Positions 51,739 to 62,000 of a stretch of 62,000 nt of DNA are shown piece by piece; within the stretch, counting starts at the first letter, position 1, and every line of letters begins with the position of its first letter. The stretch lies in NCBI GenBank assembly GCA_951406725.2, contig OX597825.1, positions 14,900,001 through 14,962,000 on the forward strand, written 5' to 3'. Position numbers and translations under genes: made by a program. Source of the DNA: Octopus vulgaris (lineage: Eukaryota). The notes under the pieces were generated by a model. That model searched no databases, was not told the origin of the DNA, and saw only the letters and a program-made list of their open reading frames with translations.

Positions 51739-53719
51739 AAAAAATTATGTTATATCGTTATAGCAACAAAGTCACTAACGAGTTTCCATGTGCTTGAAAA
51801 CCTAGATATAGAAAGACCATGTCCCTCAAATATAAACAGTTTATACACACTCCCAACACACATATATGTATATATATATATACCTATGTATGCATATATA
51901 TGTATACGTGTATATAAATATACAAACCATTACATGGAGAGGTCATCATTCGTTTTACGACTGTTTAATGTTGTTGTATAAGAGGTGTTAGCCTGGAAAC
52001 AATACAAGATGTCTATTTGTAAGAAATCTGCGGCAAATGATTTGGAACTGTCATACAGGGAGAGCAGTGGATACGATAAAGGAACAAACTATTGCTGAGA
52101 ATTTTTCGCAACGTACTTATATTAAATGCTAAATACATTGGTAGGCATTGTTTTCACTCTTGCATATAAAATAATTAGTTATAATTGTTCGTAGTTAAGC
52201 ATTTAATGCATCCTGCATTGCATATTTTCTCAGTAACCTAATTTATCAAATTTTGAATTGGTCACAGTAACTTTGTAAATGTGATTATACTATAAAATAT
52301 ATACTGTCCACAGTTAGACATTGTTTCCACACGCAAGTATTTCCCGGAGAAATTAATGAATAGGGATCCATTCGTTATGTTTCATACATCTATAAAATAA
52401 ATGAATTATGTAGCATATAAATGAGATCTAATTACATCATACAAAATTAAATAAAAACAATTCGATGCATCTACTATTGTTGGAAACAGCGACTACAGTA
52501 AATGTATTTGCCACGCTTACTAACATTGGTCAACCTCCATTTAAGACCGCCGTCCTGTGGACATCCCATGTATCTCAAATTCATCTAATTTCACAGGATT
52601 TAAGATACTTACATTTAAATGTCGTCCTAGAACACAGGCACACACATACACACACAAGCATTTATATATGAATGCACACATATTTATACAGAATATGGGA
52701 GTGTAGTTCACTGTTGATCTGAATGCGTACACAAATACATAACTACGTACATACTTAGAGTTGCACTCCCTTTTTATCGGAGAATTACGTAAAATGAAAC
52801 AACCCTTTTCATAAAAGAATTACGTAAAATGAAACATTTACTGTTGTCGTACGAATTTACGTATATAGAACTTATGTAACATTATGATAACAATTGCAGG
52901 TTTCCATTCAAGTCGGTTATGATCATATTGTAAGTGTAAATTGCCAGAGGATATCTTGGAATTGACATTTGCTATGAATCTGTAGTGCAGATGTGGAAAA
53001 ATGATTTTCTCGTTTCTAATGAAGGCAATAAAAGAGAATGAATCAAAAGATGACTCTACGGAGAATAAGGAAAGTAGAAATAAAATTTCAGTGAAATCGC
53101 GAAAAAATTCAGTATAAGTCCCTTTGTGGAAAACCTGAATAAAGATAGGATTCTATTTCTGTAGAGCAGTAATCTTAAATATATGCTATTATTGACATCG
53201 ACATCTTACTCCGCCATCGGTTCCCCAGTATGTTAATGCATTCTATTCTGCTACTCTTTTCTTTCGTATTCCTACTCCTGATAATCTTGCATGAACAACA
53301 GAATCTTCATATACTTATTTATATCTTTAATTGTTAGTTGCCTTGTTCGGTTTCTTCTTTTTCATCTCTTTCTTCGTCTTCCCTTTTTTGTTCATCACTT
53401 CATCATCATCATCATTATCATCACCAATAAAAATATCACTGTCATCATCAGAAGCAGTAACTTCTACTTCATCGTTTTGTTCTTCATCTTCGTCTCCGCC
53501 ACTCCTCCGTTCCTTCTTGTTCTTTCTTCATACGCTTTCATATTTCGCAATATGAATAGAATCACGTTCGATAGAATTATTTTTTTTAAAATCGGAATTA
53601 ATATTTCAGAACATGCATTCCTTAGTTTTATACACTGGCGTGTCATCATTTTAAGGGTTAGTTCATCGTTATCATACCCATCGCTATTACGACTGCCATC
53701 ACCGCAGCACTGTTTAAAA

Positions 53720-54215
53720 TTGGGTTGTCCAGAAAGTTCATGCCGATTTATGGAAGCTTACTTTTCGACTTATTTTAGAACATGTTTGCGTCCATAAAAC
53801 ATGATTTGACTACACCTCCATTTAGAGCACAGTTTAAGCTATCTTTTCATGGAAGAAGGTTTATGTTCCTATAACCTGTGTTAATTCCGTAACCCTTTTC
53901 GGCGCTTGATGCTTTTCTTTTTCCGTTAAGGGGAAAATGCCTCACAAGCAACCAAAGAAATATGCGCAGTTTACGGTGATGTTTCTTTATCCGAACGACC
54001 TGTACGGAAGTGGTTCGCAAGGTTCCGAGCTGGAGATTGTAGCCTTATTGATAAAGTGCAATCAGGCAGACCATCCACTACAGCTGATGACTAAATTGAG
54101 AATAACCCACATTGCACAACCCGAGAGTTGGCAGAAAGCCTCAACCTATCAAAATCAGTTGTTCATGAGCACTTGGTAAAGCTTGGGTAATGGCAAGTAT
54201 TTATTGACCTTTTTC
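53720..54215 (+). mobile_element. internally deleted mariner element (N-terminal HTH)
   Basis: TIR ttgggttgtccagaaagttcatgccgattt. Translation GENASQATKEICAVYGDVSLSERPVRKWFARFRAGDCSLIDKVQSGRP...TTRELAESLNLSKSVVHEHLVKLG, then the family 3' sequence ggcaagtatttattgaccttt. Confidence 0.9.
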
Positions 54216-54429
54216 TCTGTGTGTATGTGTGTTTGTTTGTGTGTATGTTTGTTTTGTGTATGTGTGTGGAAAAACTAATGCCTCGATAATTGAACAATGT
54301 GATTTATTTTTGAATGTACCAAGTTCTGTTTAACTATTATAATTTACATCATCTTTAAATTCTGCGATATAATATTTATGACTTCATTTTATATTTCGGG
54401 TTTCAATATGTAAGATATAATGCATACGA

Positions 54430-54850
54430 GAAGGCTAATTATCGGAGAGGCGTTAATCTTTCGGTGATATTGTGGTTAAAAGATTCAAATATCTTCATTT
54501 CTAATGCAAGATGTGCATTCATTCCTGAATGCCCTAGTGACATCTCTACAAGTTTTGTACTCGATAAATGTGTCTTTGTTAGCAAGTTGTGCTACTTATT
54601 TGCTTTGCTAGAGGACAAGCGTTCGTTTGACATTGGCCATTGTTGTAAGAATTCCTTTCAGGTTTACTTTGAATTGGAAAAATTGTATACGAACGAATGA
54701 CAAAGTAATAAATCTGACGAAATTTGAATGAAGGTTATTGTTAATGAACATAAATTTACGTTAGAGAATTGCAGGCAAAACGGCAATAAGTGAAAGCAAA
54801 TTACATCGCATTATCTATACAATGTAAAGAAATAACTGTTTACGATTTTT
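54430..54850 (-). mobile_element. possible second Penelope-like remnant
   Basis: GQCQTNACPLAKQI..RHIYRV weakly resembles the PLE Cys-rich segment preceding GIY-YIG. Confidence 0.2.
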
Positions 54851-55094
54851 GCGGCTATTTGTTTAAATACGGAATACGAATAATATACGTCAACGTTTAG
54901 AATCATGATTCGTAAATGCTGTTCAAATTACGGCCTTAGAAATATAGACAATAATCTAGAGACTTATAGAATGAGAAAGCGCGGAAGAGTGAGAAAAATA
55001 GGTAAAATGAGGTAAAATATATTTCAATGAATGATAAGATACACTTTTGATATCAACATTTGACCAACGTGTAAGGCCCAATAGCTCTGTTATA

Positions 55095-55150
55095 TGAGAT
55101 CTATATTACACATGCACACCAGCATACATATGTAAATATATACACAAATA

Positions 55151-55192
<42 letters not shown>

Positions 55193-55219
55193 TGTCTGTA
55201 TGTCTGTATGTACACAAAC

Positions 55220-55300
<81 letters not shown>

Positions 55301-55420
55301 TAGAGAAGGAGAGAAGAGAGAGAGATGTTTGTATGTATATATATATATCTATATGTTTGTGTAAATACAGACATATATCACACACACACACACACACGCA
55401 CACACACACAAACACACATA
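55095..55420. repeat. compound (TA)/(GA)/(CA) microsatellite
   Basis: Directly visible. Confidence 0.95.
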
Positions 55421-55754
55421 TTCAACGGGGTTTTTTCATAAACGAATGGGAGGCAGGTTATCTTTTTTGACCCTGAGTAATTGTGGAAACCACTGACGAG
55501 AAACATGATCTTATTGATCAAATTTAGAATTCACGTTAAAAGGTTTTATCAAAGTACTTCGTTCTGGGAGTGTATCTCGCCAAAGAAAGACGTTGTGGCT
55601 TGCTGTTTGCCGTTCCGACTACTTCATGAGGTTAGCGCTTTTATGCAGCTACTCAAGTTTAATTTTGGCTCACATTTATTAATTTTACCTGTTTGCTTTT
55701 AACTGCTATAGACACCTTTATTGTAATACATCTTAATATTATATTATATCTTAT

Positions 55755-55871
55755 TGTAAATATATATATATACATATATATATATATACATACATACATA
55801 TATATATATAAACATATATATATATATATATACATACATACATACATATGTATGTATATATATATACATAC

Positions 55872-55902
<31 letters not shown>

Positions 55903-56125
55903 CACATATATATATGCACATATATATATTCACACATATATATACACATATATACACACACGCACACATATATATATATAAATACATATATATACACACA
56001 CACATATATACATATATACATACACACATATATATAGATATGTGTATATATATATATTTATTTATATATATATAAGTGTGTACCGATGCATTTGTGTGTG
56101 TGAGTGCGTGTGTTTGCATGCGTGA
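55755..56125. repeat. compound (TA)/(TACA)/(TG) microsatellite
   Basis: Directly visible. Confidence 0.95.
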
Positions 56126-56269
56126 GTGAGTCAGTAGCTTCCTTTTCTTGATGTAAACAAAAGTGACTCAGTTATATCAAGTGGACAAAAAAACTGATGT
56201 CCTCGTGTCATAAATTCAGCTTTTACTCTGATGAATACGACACACACCAGTACACTCTAAATGGTTGTT

Positions 56270-56590
56270 GGCTGAAGCTTTTGACGAGAATAAAAGTTCT
56301 ATAGGGGAAGTGACTCTGACACCAAACATAGAGGAGTGCACGTGAACTTCCGACGCAGAAGGACGAATCTAATCAAATATTTGTAGTTGTGAAATTGCCC
56401 GCCTTGAGCACAAGAACGATAATTATATTTTTCCCTTCGACACTCTATGAGAACTGATTTCCAAGCTGCGATTAAATCTATCCGATCTTGTTTTGAAGTG
56501 AACGCCGAAAGTTTTAATTTAATGTCCAAAACTGTTTGAAGAAAACAATTACTTGTTTGCGTTGCGATATAAAAGGGAATTATTACTGAT
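56270..56590 (+). mobile_element. possible Gypsy RT N-terminal remnant
   Basis: AEAFDENKSSIG and DNYIFPFDTL*ELISKL resemble the Gypsy DVF..LG and DxYPLPxIxELL segments. Confidence 0.25.
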
Positions 56591-56653
56591 AGACATACAT
56601 ATATGGAGGAGGCTCTTATAGCCATAAATATATGCATCTAGACACATATGTTA

Positions 56654-56688
<35 letters not shown>

Positions 56689-56719
56689 AACGGTTTTGTT
56701 AGGCAGTACCGGTTTTTAT

Positions 56720-57385
56720 AATTCTGTCAATAATAATAATAATAATATTTTATAAGCTTAAAGCTTGTAGCGATCACTGCGCAATGACTAAAGAAAATAG
56801 TCTAATAATAGGGCATATAAGCACTCGAGAGAGAAAAAAGGAAACTTTTCACAAACACTTAGGTCTCGAATTCAGATCTCTCTTAACACAACTGAGTCTG
56901 CTACCGATTACACTAACGAACCTACCTGTTAGTTTCTATGCTTAAGAACTACAATTAAGAACTATAATTAGTTCGTAGTTCTTTTTGTAAACATACTTTC
57001 ATGTGCTTTTTTACTGCGAATGATTGTGTTAAGCAGTGCTGATTTTAACAATTCTGTCAATAATAAAAATAGTATTTTATAAGCTTAAAGCTTATAGCGG
57101 CCACCGCGCAATGACTAAAGAAAATGGCCTAATAATGGGGAATATAAACCTTCGACAGATGAAAATATGTCTTCCCGTACGCGTGGGTATCGAACACACA
57201 ATCCTCTATTTTCGCAACTGAGTGCCCAATCAGATACCAATTATAGTTCTTAAATCTGACAGCAAAAATTAGGTAGGTTCGCAAGTGCAGTTTTTCTGTG
57301 GAGGGCTTATATGCCCCATTATTTGTATAATTTTCTAATTTATTCCGCTGTGATCGCTATATGCTTTAAGCTTATAACATTCTAT
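56720..57385. mobile_element. cluster of three copies of a fourth SINE-like family (D)
   Basis: aattctgtcaataata...ttataagcttaaagctt.tagcg..cac.gcgcaatgactaaagaaaat occurs at ~56720 and ~57050. tRNA-like heads lie on the minus strand (gaattcgagac; gttcgatac). An inverted copy lies at ~57240-57385. Confidence 0.65.
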
Positions 57386-58529
57386 AACTTAAATATGTAG
57401 TTGAATAATAAAAAGAGATCTTCGTACATTATAATATATTTGAAAAAAATGAGTAGAGATGACATTTTGGGGTGGGTAATTTTTACTTTACTGGTAATGT
57501 TTACAGTTACTCTAATGAGTTTCGAGCTTTTCGATAGCGGCTTTCAAACTGAAATTCTGTAGTTTAGAAGTTTGTTTATATAGGAAAAGATTTTTCTCTC
57601 ACAAGTATACGTATAAAAATGAAAAATAGAAAATAAAAAATAGATATAAAAACTAATAGAAAGGTAATAAAATACACAAAACGTAATACAACTGCATGTG
57701 GGAAAAAGAAGAAAGAAGAAAAAAGTAAAATAGAAATAGGAGAAAGTTAAGAAGATAAAAAACGTAGTTGAAAATGTTAATGAGAAGAGATTAGTCTATC
57801 AGGAATAAAGAAATGGAATAATTTTAAGAGAGTGGTCAGAAATGTTGTTGAGTTCTTCTCAAAAGACGATACATAAAATGTGTACTTACCTTCCACCGTT
57901 TTCTTTTTCCCTTTGTCCTTTTTCTTTTTTTGCCTCTTTCTTCTTTTTTCGCACATTCTGTTTTATTTATTGTTTGCATTATTTGCAATCTAATCAAATA
58001 CCATCGTTGGAATGGGATAAAAGAACCTGTGGAAGACCCAAAGGAAGCAGCCTTTTAGCGAAAATAATAACAGATACGAAATTTTACTGCCATACACAGC
58101 TCAGTTTCTCCTAAGCACGAAGTCTCGGGGAAACATGTGTGAAACACACACGCGAAATCAAAATCAGAAAGTTTACAAATTATAAAATATAAATGGAACA
58201 AAACAGTAATTACATAAATTGATTCATTACGCATACACCAGAATGTCAGCATAATCGTATATAAAATTTGATATCCATAGAACTACACATACTTCCCAAT
58301 GTTTGCACAACTACGTTAAATTTACAGGACTCACATACACGCATATGAAAACACGTGGAACAAACAAAGCAAGGAAAAATAAAATAAAAATACATTTTTA
58401 TTTTTCGAAATGACACAGAGTGAACAATTCATAACTTTAAAAGCACCACAAAAATTGTGCAATTCCTTAATGACATCAGGATGTAATATGGCGTCGATAA
58501 ATGAACAAAAGCCACCTTTATCAAAGGTA

Positions 58530-60095
58530 AATATCTATTGTTAATCGTGACCGGCAGAATCTCATAAAAGAGTTAGAACCAGCGGAGGGCTACAAATAAC
58601 TAGGGGTATTGGAAAGAGAGGGAGTCAAACATTCAGTGATGAGGAAATGTATCGGAAGAGAATGTTATCGCAGCTTAAGAGCAATACTCAAGACATAGCT
58701 GAATGCAAGAAATAGGATCGAAGCGATCAATACTTTAGCCATACCAGTCGTGACTTACTATTTCAATATCATTAAGTGGTCAGTTACTGAAATATCTAAT
58801 CTTGACAGAAAAATAAAATAATTGTTGAAAAGGCATATAATGAACCACCCCCATATGGCAGATATAGAACGATTTTGCCAAGAACAGAGGGTCGCCGTGA
58901 AAAGTTACAACGAAGGCTGCTACAATTGCCCTAGACACCTACCTAAAAAATGCTGATAACTGGATGTTAAATAGTCTCAAAGCATGAAAACAAGAAGACA
59001 TCGTACTCGATAACAAAACTGGCAACAGAATACCTAAGTGAATTTCAAACACAACAAATTCCAGAATAAGTCGTATTAGAAACAAACACAGAAAAAGCTA
59101 AGCGTATGAAAACCCGTGCTAAAACTGCTACCTTACATATTCTTACTGATAAATGGCAGTAAAGAGCTCCCAATTGTAAATACCCAAAGAGAACTAATAG
59201 TGTCACCAATGGCTAGTGTCTTCTGGCTTAAAATCAGAAACAGAAGGGTTTATCAATGCAGCCCCAATTCAATGCCTAACTACAAGGAACTAACAGTCCA
59301 ACACATTAAAAAACGGTAGTAGCCCAACATGTCGTGTATGTTAACAACAAAATAAAACCATTGATCATGTTGTGTCTATGTGCAGTCTACTTGTGCCTAG
59401 AGATTATCTCAGTAGGCATGATAGAGCTGCACAATATATTCACTGGGTAATTTGCACATACCTGGACCTGCCCCATGATAAAAAGTGGTGGGAACACAAA
59501 CCATCTCCAAAGCTTAAAAACGATCACACCTCACTCCTCTGGTACTTCACCATTCAAAATAACAGAAAGACAGATGGGAATAGGGCAGACATTATATTCA
59601 AACCCTTCAGCTAAAAATCGTGCCTCCTGATTGACATGACAGTTACAAATGACATAAATGTATCTGTGAAGACCTGCCAAAAACTGAACAAGTATAAATA
59701 TCTTGAAATAGACATTCGTAAAATGTGGAACCTCAAGACTAAAACAACACCTTCTGTCATAAGTGCCGTAGGAATGATAGGAGAAGGGGCTAAAATGCTA
59801 CCTAGCTCAGATACCAGGAAACCTCAAAATGTCAGAAATTCAGAAGATAGTGCTCATTGGAACTGCCCATATCCTACGTAAATTACTATCTGTGTAATCT
59901 CAAATTTTAAAACAAACTCATATTTTTCTTGTTTTCTTAATCATACCATAGAACAATAGAATGTACAAAACCAAAATATACGACACCCTAGGCAAAACAC
60001 CAACTTGAACTCCTAACTTATTGTCTCTTGACGTCTATGGGAGAGACTTGCAGCCAACTTGTACAAATACAAAGCAAGAAGAAGAAGAAGAAGAA
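58530..60095 (+). mobile_element. 5'-truncated R4/Dong-like RLE LINE with 3' end and (GAA)n tail
   Basis: GYK*LGVLE..LNARNRIEAINTLAIPVVTY..NLDRKIK; CRVC..TIDHVVSMCSLL..YLSRHD (CCHC); WWEHKP..LLWYFTIQ..NRADII..LLIDM (PD..D restriction-like endonuclease); KYKYLEIDIRKMW. A 3' UTR follows, then caagaagaagaagaagaa. Confidence 0.9.
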
Positions 60096-60104
60096 TTTTA
60101 ACTT

Positions 60105-60262
60105 TTGATACCAGGCGAGCAAATTCAGAGATTACGTTGACCCCAAAATGCAGCTGTCAACCCGTGAAGGAACAAGTCTGAAGTCAACCTTAACGCAAAT
60201 CACAATGACCGGACGAAATGCCACTACGCATTTTTGTCCGGCGTACAAAAGATTTTGCCACT
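60105..60262 (-). mobile_element. diverged SINE family A-related copy
   Basis: gaaggaacaagtctgaagtcaacc...ggacgaaatgccactacgcatttttgtccggcgtac is a degenerate reverse complement of the family A head. Confidence 0.6.
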
Positions 60263-60292
60263 TCACCACCTTAATAACAACAACAACAACAA

Positions 60293-60335
<43 letters not shown>

Positions 60336-60419
60336 AATAATCCTTTCTACTATTGGCATAAGCCTCCTTTCTATTAGGTAGACCCTTATGCGCAACTTAA
60401 TTTATCGAACCAGAAAGGA

Positions 60420-60597
60420 TGAAAAGAAGAAGAAGAAAGAAGAAAGAAGAAGAAGAAGAAGAAGGAGAGGAAGAAGAAAAAGAAGAAGAAGAAGAAGAAG
60501 AAGAAGAAGAAGAAGAAGAAGAACAACAACAACAACAACAAGAACAAGAACAAGAAGAACAAGAACAAAAACAAGAACAAAGAGAACAAGAAATGAA
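60420..60597. repeat. (GAA)n grading into (CAA)n trinucleotide repeat
   Basis: Directly visible. It produces the poly-E/Q/R/K ORFs. Confidence 0.95.
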
Positions 60598-61262
60598 ATA
60601 ATATTTGGAATATTAATAATGACAATGTTATTAATATTGTGAAGTAACAAATAAGTAGCTATAAAAATATCGTACATATTTATAAATGGAGACCATAGTA
60701 ATTTTTTTTTTAATCACACCGTTTGAGATATGTTTTAACAAAAGTATCAGCCATTACATCTCAATCAACGGAAGCCTTCAGAGCCTTCTTAAATTTCAAA
60801 TGAAGAACAGGACTAAGATAGCGAATTGATACTATGCATAGATCGGACATTTTTAATTGATTATAAGCGTCACAAATTCAGGCAGAACATTAATCAAATT
60901 GCTCTTCAAATTATTATCTTTCTAAGACTATATTTCGTTCTATATTTTTACCAGATTCTGTACTCATTATGCATACATTTTAAATTTTAATATTTTATTC
61001 TTTTAAATTTGCACCAGTATATTCTGGTGATAAATTGCTTCATTGTGTGCTGATTGAATCAATTTGCCTGTTATTGTTCTTATATACGCCATATCGGTTA
61101 TTTTATGTATTCGTCAATTTAGCTACTGTAATTAAATTATTTTAGATTGAGATTCCAGAAAAAAACAACAACTATATTTAAATTCGTAAGACACACGAAC
61201 TCTTATGAGGCCGCTGTATGTACGCAAACATATATCTATAATCTCTCCCTCTCTCTGTCTCT

Positions 61263-61298
<36 letters not shown>

Positions 61299-61469
61299 AT
61301 ATAGATATATATGTATGCGTCTGTGTGTGTGTGTGTCTTTGTGTGTGTGTGTGTGTCTAAATTTTAAATAATAAGGGTAAAAATTGTATAGTAATTAGAT
61401 TAATATCAATTTAACACCAGTGGTCTAGCATATTGAAAAATCTGAATTTTAAGAAAAAAATATATTATA

Positions 61470-62000
61470 TACATATAAGTGGAGATGACCTGTATGTGGA
61501 CATCCACTATGCTAGAAGAAGATCAGCCATGATCTTACCACTAACAAAGGAATGTTCTCAAGAAAATTTAGCAAACGCCAGAACATTCTATGGTGATAAA
61601 TCAGTTAATGTCGGACTATCTACAAGACTCTCAGCGTACTGGAAACCATATATCCAGCTTTATCTACACATAAGTATAGACTGTAGGGTGTAGGGTTAGT
61701 AGTAAGGGAATGCTTGATGGGGATAATCTTGCAACATCCTGACTAAGATAGAGCAGAGGCAGAGAAGTATGTTGCTCCCTACTAACTATACTGTAAAATG
61801 GATTTTGCACTCCTTCAAATTTAGATGTTGGGCTGAAAACGTCTTATCTTCAAACGTATTAAGGGTATTTAGCTTTCAGTTGCATCTGGCTTTTATAGTG
61901 ACACAACATAGCGTCAGGTTTATCTCGAATCTCAAGTGTTTGAATGCCATTCAACACAAAATGGCATCTTTCATGAAGTTCCATTCATTGAAAGAGGGGG
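61470..62000 (+). mobile_element. degenerate LINE RT N-terminus (L1/Tx1-like), runs off window
   Basis: ARRRSAMILPLTKECSQENLANARTF..LSTRLSAYWKPYI resembles RRAxITLIPK..NYRPISLL..ILSKxLAxRL. It is followed by DRAEAEK (DxEKAFD-like). Confidence 0.45.

Noticed and set aside
53291-53797. 168-aa plus ORF
   Set aside because: Low-complexity (TCT/CAT) sequence whose 3' end runs into the mariner TIR. No domain recognised.
60386-60677. Poly-E/Q, poly-R and poly-L/F ORFs
   Set aside because: Products of a (GAA)n/(CAA)n repeat.

Overview
AT-rich, microsatellite-dense eukaryotic DNA. The SINE families and repeat landscape look like Octopus or a related coleoid cephalopod; this is inferred from recalled repeat consensus sequences, not from a search. 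I find no intact protein-coding gene, rRNA, functional tRNA or CRISPR array. Most ORFs in the supplied track are translations of (TA)n, (CA)n, (TAGA)n or trinucleotide repeats, or antisense shadows of decayed transposons. The window is a transposon graveyard containing: a ~3.9 kb degenerate Helitron Rep-helicase (7.6-11.5 kb, minus); Ty3/Gypsy RT-RNase H (24.7-27.2 kb); a Penelope-like GIY-YIG end (30.4-31.1 kb); two R4/Dong-type RLE LINEs (33.4-34.2 and 58.5-60.1 kb); a hAT remnant (48-49.9 kb); an L1/Tx1-like RT at the right edge; several mariner deletion derivatives; and about 20 tRNA-derived SINE copies from four families, some with clear TSDs and some nested. The only host-gene-like signal is a heavily decayed, apparently intronless leucine-rich-repeat pseudogene (18.5-20.15 kb, minus) that contains a perfect 38-bp fold-back hairpin. 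A second long inverted repeat (59-bp arms) lies at 39.3-39.5 kb. All protein-family calls are by-eye motif matches across stops and frameshifts and need HMM or BLAST confirmation. I cannot support a claim of a new functional system here.
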